From assembly GCA_902619105.1 (NCBI GenBank), contig CACNCV010000003.1:180311-244310 (forward strand): a DNA stretch of 64,000 nucleotides. The letters run 5' to 3'. The translations under genes were made by a program, and so were the position numbers. This document shows, one piece after another, positions 28,876 through 38,654 of this stretch. Position 1 is the first letter of the stretch. The number at the start of each line of letters is the position of its first letter. Source of the DNA: an uncultured Pelagibacteraceae bacterium. Lineage in GTDB: Bacteria; Pseudomonadota; Alphaproteobacteria; Pelagibacterales; AG-422-B15. The notes under the pieces were generated by a model, which did not search any database, was not told the DNA's origin, and saw nothing but the letters and a program-made list of their open reading frames with translations.

Positions 28876-29915
28876 TGAGTTTGTTAACCGGTATGCTTCA
28901 GCTTTTGCCACCAGAGACTGCCCATAACGTCACAATAAAATTAACAAAATATGGAAGTCCATTACTAAGTAAAGGTTTTCAAGATCAAAGTTTGCATACT
29001 AATATAAAGGGTCTCAGCTTTAGTAACCCATTAGGGATTGCTGCAGGTTTCGACAAGAATGCTGAATTGATAGATCCTTTACTAAAGATTGGATTTGGAT
29101 TTGTGGAATGTGGAACTGTTACACCGAAGCCACAATATGGAAACGCAAAGCCAAGAATTTTTAGGTTAAAAAAGGACAATGCCATAATTAATAAATTAGG
29201 TTTTAATAACAAGGGAGAAAACAGGTTTGTAAAGAATCTTATGTCCGCAAAAAGAATAGGTGTTGTGGGATCAAATATTGGACCAAATAAAGATACTAAA
29301 AATTTTATTGATGATTATCTAAAAATTTATAGAAAGATTTCAGTTTCTTGTGATTACGTAACCATTAATGTTTCATCTCCAAATACTGAAACCTTACGGG
29401 AATTGCAAAAAAAAGAATATCTTGAAGTACTTTTAAGAGACATTTCTCAAATTAGGAATGAGGAAACCAATAGAAAACCAATCATGCTAAAAATTGATCC
29501 AGATAATACACATGATCACTACAGCATGATTCTTAATCTTGTTAATAAATATAATATCGACGGAATTATTGCTACAAATACTTCACTTTCAAGACCAGAA
29601 ATTTTACGAGATCTCAATAAGAAAAGAGACGGTGGATTATCTGGCACTCCGATAAAAGATTTATCAGACAAAGTTTTAAAATTTTTATATCGAGAGACAA
29701 ATCAAGAATTAATTTTAATTGGTGTAGGTGGAGTTGGTAGTGCATTAGACGTATATAATAAAATCAAACTTGGTGCATCATTAGTACAAATGTATACTTC
29801 ACTCACTTATGGAGGCCCACAACTAATAAATAAGATTTTGATTGATCTTGTTAAACTTATCAAAAATGATGGGTTTGTAAATATTTCAGAAGCTGTCGGT
29901 GTTAATAATAAATGA
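28872..29915 (+). CDS. pyrD: Dihydroorotate dehydrogenase (quinone), class 2
   Basis: GIAAGFDKNAE, GFVECGTVTP, NISSPNT-like NVSSPNT and GVGGV motifs. Confidence 0.9.
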   Translation: MMSLLTGMLQLLPPETAHNVTIKLTKYGSPLLSKGFQDQSLHTNIKGLSFSNPLGIAAGFDKNAELIDPLLKIGFGFVECGTVTPKPQYGNAKPRIFRLKKDNAIINKLGFNNKGENRFVKNLMSAKRIGVVGSNIGPNKDTKNFIDDYLKIYRKISVSCDYVTINVSSPNTETLRELQKKEYLEVLLRDISQIRNEETNRKPIMLKIDPDNTHDHYSMILNLVNKYNIDGIIATNTSLSRPEILRDLNKKRDGGLSGTPIKDLSDKVLKFLYRETNQELILIGVGGVGSALDVYNKIKLGASLVQMYTSLTYGGPQLINKILIDLVKLIKNDGFVNISEAVGVNNK

Positions 29916-30526
29916 ATAAAACCATTGATCTTCCTTTTAACAAAAGAAAGAGGCAGATTAACAAACAACAGAATCGCGATTCCATAATTTTAGCTTCGAG
30001 AAAAGTTTTTACTGAGAAAGGGCTTGATAGTTCTAATGTAAGAGAGATTGTATCTGATGCTGGTTTAGGTTCTGGAACATTCTATAATTACTTTGATGAT
30101 AAAGTTGAAGTTTTTTTAGTGATTGTAAACAGGCTTATTAACGAATTTAGTAATTTTATCATTCCTGAAATTAATAAAGCTAAAACCTTTGATGAATTAG
30201 TCAGTATTGCTTTTAATAGCTGGTTTAATTGGATATCTAATGATGAAGAAAATTACATTTTTTTCAAAAATAACAAAAAATATATATTAGATCTTAAGTG
30301 GTTGAGTCAAAATTCGAAAGAATACCAAAATTTTAATAATAAACTGCTAGAAGTAACAGTAAAAATGTCAAAAATTATTAAATTTCCTCAAAATGATATT
30401 TCACTTATGGTAACATCTGTCGTTGCTGTTAGCGTTAATCTTGGTGATCAATTATTGGAAAGAAACGATTTGAATCCGTCTGAGGTAAGCTTGTTTGCAA
30501 CTAAATTATTTTTAAATGGACTTTAG
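29912..30526 (+). CDS. TetR/AcrR family transcriptional regulator
   Basis: N-terminal HTH ILASRKVFTEKGLDSSNVREIVSDAGLGSGTFYNYF. Overlaps pyrD by 4 nt. Confidence 0.75.
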   Translation: MNKTIDLPFNKRKRQINKQQNRDSIILASRKVFTEKGLDSSNVREIVSDAGLGSGTFYNYFDDKVEVFLVIVNRLINEFSNFIIPEINKAKTFDELVSIAFNSWFNWISNDEENYIFFKNNKKYILDLKWLSQNSKEYQNFNNKLLEVTVKMSKIIKFPQNDISLMVTSVVAVSVNLGDQLLERNDLNPSEVSLFATKLFLNGL

Positions 30527-30532
30527 CTTAAG

Positions 30533-31336
30533 ATGACAAAAAGTATTTTTATTACAGGAGCAGCATCAGGTATCGGTAAGGCAACCGCAATATCTTTTGC
30601 AGAAAATGGATGGAATGTAGGACTTTTTGATATCAATCAAGAAGGCCTGAAAGAGGTAGCCGAAATCATTGGTCATAATAAATGTATGTATCAAAAGTTA
30701 GATGTGACTAATATTGAAGAATGGATTCAAGCAGAGAAAAGTTTCTCACAATATACAGGTGGTAGATGCGATATATTTTTTAATAATGCAGGTATAGCGA
30801 ACTTTGCAGGAGCTTTTGAGGATATAAAAATTGAGGAAATGAATAAAATCATTGATGTAAACTTTAAAGGTGTTGTTAATGGATGTTTTACAATGCTTGA
30901 AATTTTAAGGAGTACGAAAAACAGTATGCTACTTAATACAAGTTCAGTCGCGGGACTTATTACAGCGCCAGGTATATCAGTTTATGGAGCAACAAAGCAT
31001 GCGGTAAGCTCACTTACCGAAAATCTGAGTATTGAGTTTGAGCGGTATGGGATTAAAGTATCTGAAATTAACCCCTGGTTCACCGAAACGCCAATCTTAG
31101 ATGCTGAAGCTGTTACTACAGGCGCAAAAAGTCAATTGGACCGTGAATTTGTCAATCAAAAAACAAAAGTTTATCCAGTTGAAAAGGTCGTAAGCTCAGT
31201 TTGGTCTGCTTATGATTCAAGTAGAATACATCATCCAGTTGGCTTTGAAGCAAAATTTGCATCCTTTTTTATGAGACACCTTCCATCGCTCATAAGGGGT
31301 CTAAGCAAAAAGCTTTTTAAGGATTCTTTTATTTAG
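30533..31336 (+). CDS. Short-chain dehydrogenase/reductase (classical SDR)
   Basis: TGAASGIGKA cofactor motif, NNAG, YGATKHA catalytic motif. Confidence 0.8.
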   Translation: MTKSIFITGAASGIGKATAISFAENGWNVGLFDINQEGLKEVAEIIGHNKCMYQKLDVTNIEEWIQAEKSFSQYTGGRCDIFFNNAGIANFAGAFEDIKIEEMNKIIDVNFKGVVNGCFTMLEILRSTKNSMLLNTSSVAGLITAPGISVYGATKHAVSSLTENLSIEFERYGIKVSEINPWFTETPILDAEAVTTGAKSQLDREFVNQKTKVYPVEKVVSSVWSAYDSSRIHHPVGFEAKFASFFMRHLPSLIRGLSKKLFKDSFI

Positions 31337-32226
31337 ACAGACCTTTTTGCTTTATCAGCATCATTTGAGGCTTTAATCATATTTCTGAGTTGTTCCCACT
31401 CTTGATCGGTTACATCTTTTAACATTTCATAGAAATTACCCGCATGATTTAACCATTGTGCCCCATCAATTGTAATGATTTCTCCTGTTAAATAATCAAC
31501 TCCATCTGCCATCAAGAATGTTGCTAAATTTGCAAGCTCACTAAGCTCCCCAGTTCTTTTCATTGGAATTGATTCCATCATATTCGCACCTTTGCCACCT
31601 GGCGCTAATCTATCCCACGCACCTTTGGTCGGAAATGGTCCAGGCGAGATAGCATTTAATCTTATGCCTCTATTCCCCCACTCAGCTGCAAGAGATCTAG
31701 TCATTGTCGCTAAACCAGACTTAGACATTGCTGATGGTACTGTATATGGACCACTGCTATCGATCCATGTCGTTAAAATAGAAATTATACTTCCTTTTAG
31801 ATTTTCAGCTAACCACCTCTTACCTATCGCATTTGTCATGTAAAAAGTTCCATTGAAAACAATATTAGAAATAGCAGTAAATGCTCTTGGAGATAAATCT
31901 TCTGTTCTCGAAATAAAATTTCCTGCAGCATTATTTAATAGCCCTGTTAGCGGTCCTTCGCTCCAAATTTCATCGACCATATCTTCTATTGCTTCAGGAA
32001 CCTTAATATCACATGAGATTGATTTTACAGATCCCCCATGCATATTCATAAGCTCTTTTGCCGTTTCATCTAAAACTGACTTTCTTCTGCCACAGATATA
32101 GACATCAGCACCTAGTTCTAAATACCTTGTTGCCATTGCTTTACCAAGTCCTGAACCTCCACCAGAAACTAAAATTCTTTTATTTTTCAATAAATCTTTT
32201 TGAAACATATTTACTCCTTTATCCAA
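31333..32226 (-). CDS. 2,4-dienoyl-CoA reductase-like SDR (DECR type)
   Basis: SGGGSGLGKAMA, NNAAGNFISRTEDLSPRAF and AMSKSGLATMTRSLAAEWGNRGIRLNAISPGPF closely follow the DECR pattern. Confidence 0.75.
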   Translation of the reverse strand: MDKGVNMFQKDLLKNKRILVSGGGSGLGKAMATRYLELGADVYICGRRKSVLDETAKELMNMHGGSVKSISCDIKVPEAIEDMVDEIWSEGPLTGLLNNAAGNFISRTEDLSPRAFTAISNIVFNGTFYMTNAIGKRWLAENLKGSIISILTTWIDSSGPYTVPSAMSKSGLATMTRSLAAEWGNRGIRLNAISPGPFPTKGAWDRLAPGGKGANMMESIPMKRTGELSELANLATFLMADGVDYLTGEIITIDGAQWLNHAGNFYEMLKDVTDQEWEQLRNMIKASNDADKAKRSV

Positions 32227-32950
32227 ATTGCGCTAAGAATGGAAAATACTTTATAAAAAAGAAAGCCAATTCTTGAATTCTGTTTGTTAGTATCAGGATA
32301 CCAAATAAAATTAGTAAAAGACCAGTAAAAATTTCGATTAATCTTATATAATTTCTTATTCTTGATAAAAATTTCATAAAGCTGTTTATTGCATACGCTG
32401 CTATTAGAAAAGGTATGCCTAAGCCAGCTGAATACAGCATTAGTAAAACTATTCCATACGTTACTGTCTCTGAGCTTGCTGCTATCGATAAAACACTTCC
32501 TAGAATAGGCCCAATGCAAGGTGTCCATCCAAATGCAAATGATAAACCAATTACATAAGAGCCGACTATACCTGGTCTATAGCTTTCAATTTGGTATCTC
32601 ATCTCTCTATTTAAAAATGGTATTTGCACGAGTTGCATAAAATGAATACCAAATATGATAATTATTATTCCTCCAGCAATACGTAAAATATCGAGATATT
32701 CATAAACAAAGCTACTTAGTAAAGTTGCAGAAGCGCCTAAGATTACAAATACAGTTGAAAACCCAAACACAAAACTTAATGAAAAACTAAAAACCTTTTT
32801 TTTAACGTCATCACTTTGGTCCAATTGTAATTTATCTAAACTAGTTCCCGCCATAAAACACAAGTAACCTGGAACAATTGGTAATACACATGGAGATAGA
32901 AAACTAAGGAGTCCAGCTAGAACTACATATAAATATGATATCTCAGTCAC
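32219..32950 (-). CDS. ccdA: Cytochrome c biogenesis / thiol-disulfide electron transfer protein CcdA (DsbD core family)
   Basis: Both conserved Cys motifs are present: LSPCVLPIVPGY and WTPCIGPILG. 6 TM helices. Confidence 0.85.
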   Translation of the reverse strand: MTEISYLYVVLAGLLSFLSPCVLPIVPGYLCFMAGTSLDKLQLDQSDDVKKKVFSFSLSFVFGFSTVFVILGASATLLSSFVYEYLDILRIAGGIIIIIFGIHFMQLVQIPFLNREMRYQIESYRPGIVGSYVIGLSFAFGWTPCIGPILGSVLSIAASSETVTYGIVLLMLYSAGLGIPFLIAAYAINSFMKFLSRIRNYIRLIEIFTGLLLILFGILILTNRIQELAFFFIKYFPFLAQFG

Positions 32951-33741
32951 TATATTCTTCTAAATCTTTTAAATATTTCAGCACCACTCCAGCCAACAAT
33001 TATTGCGATTATCAAAGAAATCAATCCGTAAAAGAATGGATAGTTTTTTGAAAATGAGTAGATTGCCTCCTCAATTCCAACTCTAGTAACCATAAAGTTG
33101 TAAGAATATTCCTGAGATACCTCATTATCTATAATTAAATGAAGATTAACAGTGTATTCTCCTACAGGAACAGTATTCGGAATATCAATATAAGATCTGA
33201 ATAGATTTCCATCAATTATTTCAATTTCATCTGAAACTTGTTTGTACAAACTATCATTTTGTTTTGTTCTAATTAGAGCATTATAGAATTCCTCTTTTTC
33301 CTTTTCATTTATAATACTTCCCCAATCAGTAGTAAGTAAGCTCCAATCAATCATCTCTGATTTTTTCTTCTCAAGTAGTCCAATTTGATTATTTATTAGA
33401 AATTCATCTGTAAGTTCAGATGTACTTGAAAGATAATAGAAACCCGGCACATCTCTGAAAGTTACACTTTTAGAATTCAACCAAAAACCGAAATATGAGT
33501 CTTTCTTTCTTAACGCAACATCCTCAGGAGGGCCGACAACTTCTATAAGTATGTCACTTTTACTATCTCTTGACTGAGATGGATCAGAATAAAATGCCCC
33601 AAAAACGAGAAGCTCTTCACCAGAGAAATTTGCGTCTATATATATTTCTTCCTGGTCTGAGCCAATTACAAGTGCAATTGAAATTGATGGCGTCAATACA
33701 CCAGTCAAAAAATAAAATAAAATAATTAATTGTTTGATCAT
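32950..33741 (-). CDS. Alph_Pro_TM / TIGR02186-type putative transmembrane protein (function unknown)
   Basis: Signal/TM helix, about 200-aa periplasmic domain, C-terminal TM helix. The pattern LLVFGA...IEVVGPPEDVALRKKDSYFGFWLN...VPGFYYLSS matches my recollection of this alphaproteobacterial family. No cysteine in the protein. Confidence 0.6.
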   Translation of the reverse strand: MIKQLIILFYFLTGVLTPSISIALVIGSDQEEIYIDANFSGEELLVFGAFYSDPSQSRDSKSDILIEVVGPPEDVALRKKDSYFGFWLNSKSVTFRDVPGFYYLSSTSELTDEFLINNQIGLLEKKKSEMIDWSLLTTDWGSIINEKEKEEFYNALIRTKQNDSLYKQVSDEIEIIDGNLFRSYIDIPNTVPVGEYTVNLHLIIDNEVSQEYSYNFMVTRVGIEEAIYSFSKNYPFFYGLISLIIAIIVGWSGAEIFKRFRRI

Positions 33742-34664
33742 CAGAAAACTAATCGTATTACAGATAAATTAAAAATTTCGTCAGGCTCTACTAATAAATC
33801 AAGCGCAATTTTAGTTGCAACACCAAGCACTATTATAGCCAGTAAAGCTCTTATTTCTTCACCTCTTAACTTATTGGCCGCCAATACCCCTACTTGAGCA
33901 CCAATTACAGAAGAAAGTATTAAAAAGAAAGCTAGTACCGCATCTACAGCAAAAGTAGTAGTTGCATGCAGAATAGTAACTAGCGCAGTTATAAAAATAA
34001 TTTGAAATAATGATGTTCCTATTACTTTTGAGGTAGGCATTCCCAAAAAATAAATCATCGCAGGGATTAATATGAAAGCACCACCAATTCCCATTGTTGC
34101 TGATAAGATACCAATTACAAAACCAATTATAATTGGAGGAATAACACTTATGTATAATTTAGATTTATAAAATCTAACTTTGAAGGGCAATCTATGCGCC
34201 CAGTTATGATAATGAATTTTTCGTTTAACACTTTTTCTTCTTATTCTATCTCTTATTACTTTAGAGCTTTCAATCAGCATTGATAGACCTATACCTGTTA
34301 AAAGAGCAAAATATAGAATTGAGATCACAGTATCAATATGACCAATTGCAACAAGTCTACTGAATATCCAAATGCCCAAGATTGATCCAAAGAAGGCGCC
34401 AATAAGCAATACTGCTCCCATTTTAAAATCTACAAGACCTTGTCTCCAATGACCTAATGTTCCAGAAATTGAGGATGCAACAATTTGGTTTGCTGAAGTT
34501 GCTACTGCAACATTAGTAGGTATGCCCATGAATATTAATAATGGGGTCATTAAAAAGCCTCCACCTAAACCAAACATGCCTGATAGAAATCCTACAACTC
34601 CGCCTAAAGACAATAATAGAAAAATGTTAACTGAGAGCTCTGCAATAGGCAGATAAATACTCAT
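33741..34664 (-). CDS. TSUP family (TauE/SafE-like) anion exporter
   Basis: 307 aa, 8 TM helices, two-repeat structure with GGGFLMTPLL and GIGGAFILIPAMIY motifs. Confidence 0.8.
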   Translation of the reverse strand: MSIYLPIAELSVNIFLLLSLGGVVGFLSGMFGLGGGFLMTPLLIFMGIPTNVAVATSANQIVASSISGTLGHWRQGLVDFKMGAVLLIGAFFGSILGIWIFSRLVAIGHIDTVISILYFALLTGIGLSMLIESSKVIRDRIRRKSVKRKIHYHNWAHRLPFKVRFYKSKLYISVIPPIIIGFVIGILSATMGIGGAFILIPAMIYFLGMPTSKVIGTSLFQIIFITALVTILHATTTFAVDAVLAFFLILSSVIGAQVGVLAANKLRGEEIRALLAIIVLGVATKIALDLLVEPDEIFNLSVIRLVF

Positions 34665-34776
34665 AATTCTAAACTTTTCAGACTTTCCCCTTCGATATAG
34701 CCAACAAAATTAGAAATTTGCAATTTATGAGACAAAGGTTATATATATTTAAACTACAATAAATATTCTTAAACCT

Positions 34777-36546
34777 ATGTCGTACAAAAGTCCAATAGAA
34801 GATTTCAAATACAATCTTGCTATGCTTAACTATGATGAGGTCATTGCTGGTATAGAGAAGTTCAAGGAATATGACTCCGAAACACTCATGAGCGTTGTTT
34901 CTGAAATTGGGCGCCTTAATGAGCAAGAAGTACTAGATAGTAATAAAATTGGCGACAGAGAAGGCTTAAAATATGTCACTAATGGAGCAGAGGGTCCTGA
35001 AGTGCACACCCCTGAAAGATTTAAGAAGTTGTATGATGCAGTAAAGGCCTCAGGCTATGTTGGCGCTACCATGCCCACTCAATATGGCGGTGGTGGAGCT
35101 CCGTTCACGACTGCAATACTTGCAGGAGAGATCGGTATTGCCGCTAATATGGCATTCTACATGGGTCCAGGATTAAGTCATGGAGCAATGAAGACCATCT
35201 TAAAAAAAGCTACAGAGGAACTTAAAGATAAATATCTACCCAACATGACTTCTGGTGAATGGATGGGTACGATGTGCCTTACAGAACCACAATGTGGGAC
35301 TGATCTCGGTTTAATAAAATCAACTGCAATTCCTAAAGATGATCATTTTGAATTAACAGGCCAAAAAATTTGGATTTCATTTGGTGAACATGACTTAACA
35401 GAAAATATAATTCATCTTGTGCTTGCAAGAACACCAGATGCACCCGAAGGTATTAAAGGAATAAGTTTATTTCTTGTACCAAAGCGACTAGATGATAATT
35501 CTCGAAATACAATTTATTGTGGCGGTTTAGAACATAAACTTGGAATTAATTCATCACCAACCTGCGTCATGAATCTTGAAAACGCAAAAGGTTGGCTTGT
35601 TGGAGAAAAAAATAAAGGAATGGAAGCAATGTTTCTGATGATGAATGATGCGCGTCTAAAAGTTGGACTGCAAGGTATAGCAATGTCTGAGATCTCATAC
35701 CAAAACGCCTTAGAATTTGCAAAAGAAAGAAAACAAATGAGGTCCGTTGTCAAGGATAAGCAAGACAAAGATAGTAAGGCTGACAATATAATCGTTCATC
35801 CTGACGTAAGAAGAATGCTAATGAATGTAAAGGCAACAACTGAAGCAATGCGTGCATTATGCATTTATACAGCAATGAAAATTGATCTTGCGGAAGATCA
35901 TCCTGATGAAAAAGTACGACAGGAAGCTGATGATTTTGCCGCGTTAATGACACCAATAATTAAAGCTTACTGCACTGATAGAGGTTTTTTAAATTGCTCA
36001 GAATCTTTACAAGTCTTAGGTGGTAGCGGTTTTACAAAGGAATATCCTCTCGAACAGTACATGCGAGATGTAAGAATTACAATGATATATGAAGGTACAA
36101 ATGGCATTCAGGCGTTAGACCTAGTTGGAAGAAAATTAACGATGCATCAGGGACGGTTGTTACAAAATTTCCAAAAAGAAGTGCAAAAATTTCTGTCTGA
36201 AAATAAGGATAATGCAGAAATATCCTCATTTATTAAACCTCTCGAAAATGCTCTTAATGAAGTTACTGCTTCAACAATGTGGTTAATGCAAAACGGCATG
36301 CAGGATCCTGAAAATGCCCTTGCTTCTGCCACTGATTACCTAAATTTAGTAGCTCTATCGTCGATGACCTATATGTGGGCGCGTATGGCAAAATTCTCTA
36401 TCGGCAAAAATGAACCAATTCATAAAAATAAAATAAAAACTGGAACTTATTTTGTAGAAAAGATTATGCCAGAGCTAACTATGTACTCAAAGAAGGTGCA
36501 AGCTGGCAAGTCTTCAATGATGGATATGGAAGTTGCAGAGTTTTAA
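34777..36546 (+). CDS. Long acyl-CoA dehydrogenase with extra C-terminal helical domain
   Basis: MCLTEPQCGTDLG motif, YEGTNGIQALDLVGRK motif, 589 aa. Confidence 0.85.
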   Translation: MSYKSPIEDFKYNLAMLNYDEVIAGIEKFKEYDSETLMSVVSEIGRLNEQEVLDSNKIGDREGLKYVTNGAEGPEVHTPERFKKLYDAVKASGYVGATMPTQYGGGGAPFTTAILAGEIGIAANMAFYMGPGLSHGAMKTILKKATEELKDKYLPNMTSGEWMGTMCLTEPQCGTDLGLIKSTAIPKDDHFELTGQKIWISFGEHDLTENIIHLVLARTPDAPEGIKGISLFLVPKRLDDNSRNTIYCGGLEHKLGINSSPTCVMNLENAKGWLVGEKNKGMEAMFLMMNDARLKVGLQGIAMSEISYQNALEFAKERKQMRSVVKDKQDKDSKADNIIVHPDVRRMLMNVKATTEAMRALCIYTAMKIDLAEDHPDEKVRQEADDFAALMTPIIKAYCTDRGFLNCSESLQVLGGSGFTKEYPLEQYMRDVRITMIYEGTNGIQALDLVGRKLTMHQGRLLQNFQKEVQKFLSENKDNAEISSFIKPLENALNEVTASTMWLMQNGMQDPENALASATDYLNLVALSSMTYMWARMAKFSIGKNEPIHKNKIKTGTYFVEKIMPELTMYSKKVQAGKSSMMDMEVAEF

Positions 36547-37734
36547 TTAAGACCTATATCCTAATTGTCTTGCAGCTAAATCGTACATTATTTCTTCTGA
36601 TCCACCACCAATTGCATTAACCCTTACTTCTCTATAAATTCTCTCAACTTTTCCAGGTCCGCTATTAGCTCGAAGATATCCTGCTCCACCTAATATTTGC
36701 ATTGCTTCTCTTGCGCATAGTTCCATCGCTTTACTCGCATGCACTTTCAGCATTGCCAAGTCTGCAATTGGACTTTCACCATTCATTACTCTCCAAGATA
36801 GCAATTCTGTCCAAGCCCTTGATGTTTTAACTGCTCTGTTCATATCAACGAGTTTATGTTTTATAACTTGATTATCAATCAACGGCTTACCAAATGTTTT
36901 TCGCTCTTTTGCCCAAGCTACTGCTTCATCAATACAAATTTGAGAGTATGCATTCATACCAGCTGCCATACCAAGTCTTTCTTGACTGAAGTTACTCATT
37001 ACGCCAATCCAGCCGCTGTTTTCTCCACCAATCAAATTTTCTACAGGTACTTTACAATCATCAAAGTAAAGTACAGCTGTATCAGAGCTTAGCCATCCCA
37101 TTTTTTTTAGAGGAGTTTGCGTGAAGCCAGGCGTATCCTTTTCAATTACCAGAACTGAAATTCCAGTAGCACCTTCACCACCAGTTCTCACTCCAACTAC
37201 ATATGTATCAGCACGCATTCCACTTGTAATGAACATTTTTGAGCCATTAACAATGAAATGGTCGCCTTTTCTAACTGCTTTAGTTTTCAAACTTGCAACA
37301 TCTGATCCTCCCGAAGGTTCTGTCATTGCAAGAGCTGCTATTTTTTCTCCTCTTACCACCGGGGGAATAAATTTTTCTTTTTGTTCTTCTGTACCCAAAG
37401 ATTGTATCAATGGTATTGCAATATTGTGCGATAAAAGACTTGCTGAAACACCGCCACATCCATGGGCGAATTCCTCGGCTGTTACGATACCGTGAAAAAT
37501 ATCAATACCTTCTGTTGTACCGCCATACTTTTCATCATAGCCCATTCCCATTAGACCTACATCAGCAGCTTTTTTATAGAGTTCTCTTGGAAACTCACCA
37601 GCTTCTTCCCATTCTTCAACAAAAGGAGCTATTTCCTTTGAAACAAATTTTCTTACTTCTTCTCTCCATGCATGATGAGACTCATTATAAAAAAGAGGTT
37701 CTTTACCCTCAGAAATTCCAACTTTTGGTATCAT
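36547..37734 (-). CDS. Acyl-CoA dehydrogenase
   Basis: ALAMTEPSGGSDVAS, QILGGAGY and IGGGSEEIM motifs. Confidence 0.9.
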   Translation of the reverse strand: MIPKVGISEGKEPLFYNESHHAWREEVRKFVSKEIAPFVEEWEEAGEFPRELYKKAADVGLMGMGYDEKYGGTTEGIDIFHGIVTAEEFAHGCGGVSASLLSHNIAIPLIQSLGTEEQKEKFIPPVVRGEKIAALAMTEPSGGSDVASLKTKAVRKGDHFIVNGSKMFITSGMRADTYVVGVRTGGEGATGISVLVIEKDTPGFTQTPLKKMGWLSSDTAVLYFDDCKVPVENLIGGENSGWIGVMSNFSQERLGMAAGMNAYSQICIDEAVAWAKERKTFGKPLIDNQVIKHKLVDMNRAVKTSRAWTELLSWRVMNGESPIADLAMLKVHASKAMELCAREAMQILGGAGYLRANSGPGKVERIYREVRVNAIGGGSEEIMYDLAARQLGYRS

Positions 37735-38579
37735 ATTATTTCACTAACTCCATTTTTAATTACCATTTTATCACGTTCTTTGACTTTGCACTGATAATAA
37801 ACATTATTACCATCTTTCCACATTTCTGTAACTATTGTTTCTCCAGGATATACAGGTGAAGAAAAACGACAATCAAATCTTTTAAGTTTCTTTACATCTC
37901 TATCGCAGACACTTTCTATAATTGATCTGCATGCTATACCGTATGTGCACATGCCATGTAGAATTGGCCGTTCAAAACCAGCAGACTTTGCAAAATTTGG
38001 ATCAGAGTGCAATGGATTGTAATCACCAGAAAGTCTAAAAATTAATGCTTGATCAGGTTTGGTATTTATTTCATGCACATAATCTGGTTTACCCTCAGGT
38101 CTTACTAATTCTTTTTTTGGAGACTCAGGTCCACCAAAGCCACCATCCCCCCTAGCGAATGTTGTACTAACGAGCTTACAGATTTCCGTATTATCTTTTT
38201 TAAGATTTACAGTTGTTTCAACCTCAATAATTGCACCCTTACCAGGACCTTTATCATAACAACCTATAACTTTTGCGTTGGATATAAAATCTCCTGAGAC
38301 AGGTAAAGGATTAGTTACTGATAATCTCTGTTCACCATGAACAACCATAATGAAATTAATATTTGTCTTCAGCAATAATGGTGAGTGATATTGAAAATTA
38401 GTAGCCATTGACGGCAATGCAATTTGTGAATTTTCATAGACAAACTTTAATTCATCTAAATTCATTGGGTTATTCCCAAGACCGACGCCTAGACTATAGA
38501 GAATTGAGTCTTTATCAGTATAGGAAACTTCAATATTTTCTGAAGTCATGGACATTATTTCTTCGTAATTAATAGCCAT
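37731..38579 (-). CDS. MaoC-like (R)-specific enoyl-CoA hydratase, double hot-dog (hydratase-2 type)
   Basis: RLSGDYNPLHSDPNFAKSAGFERPILHGMCTYG hydratase-2 motif in the C-terminal half. Confidence 0.8.
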   Translation of the reverse strand: MAINYEEIMSMTSENIEVSYTDKDSILYSLGVGLGNNPMNLDELKFVYENSQIALPSMATNFQYHSPLLLKTNINFIMVVHGEQRLSVTNPLPVSGDFISNAKVIGCYDKGPGKGAIIEVETTVNLKKDNTEICKLVSTTFARGDGGFGGPESPKKELVRPEGKPDYVHEINTKPDQALIFRLSGDYNPLHSDPNFAKSAGFERPILHGMCTYGIACRSIIESVCDRDVKKLKRFDCRFSSPVYPGETIVTEMWKDGNNVYYQCKVKERDKMVIKNGVSEII

Positions 38580-38654
38580 TTTTTATGTATTTCTCTAATT
38601 TTTAAATGTATATATACTTTATATAGATCACTTATCTAAAGCGAGGAAAAAAAC

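Noticed and set aside
32211-32528. 105-aa minus-strand ORF overlapping ccdA in another frame.
   Set aside because: The CcdA frame carries both conserved Cys motifs. The alternative frame is junk-like.
37410-37859. Long antisense ORFs: 149 aa here, plus 37121..37495, 17655..18035, 23515..23895 and 14418..14672.
   Set aside because: Each lies entirely opposite a well-supported gene (ACAD/MaoC, yidC, argD, dapE). They have low-complexity, Leu/Ser/Phe-rich composition with no recognisable motif or SD. This is typical of the stop-poor antisense frame of real genes.
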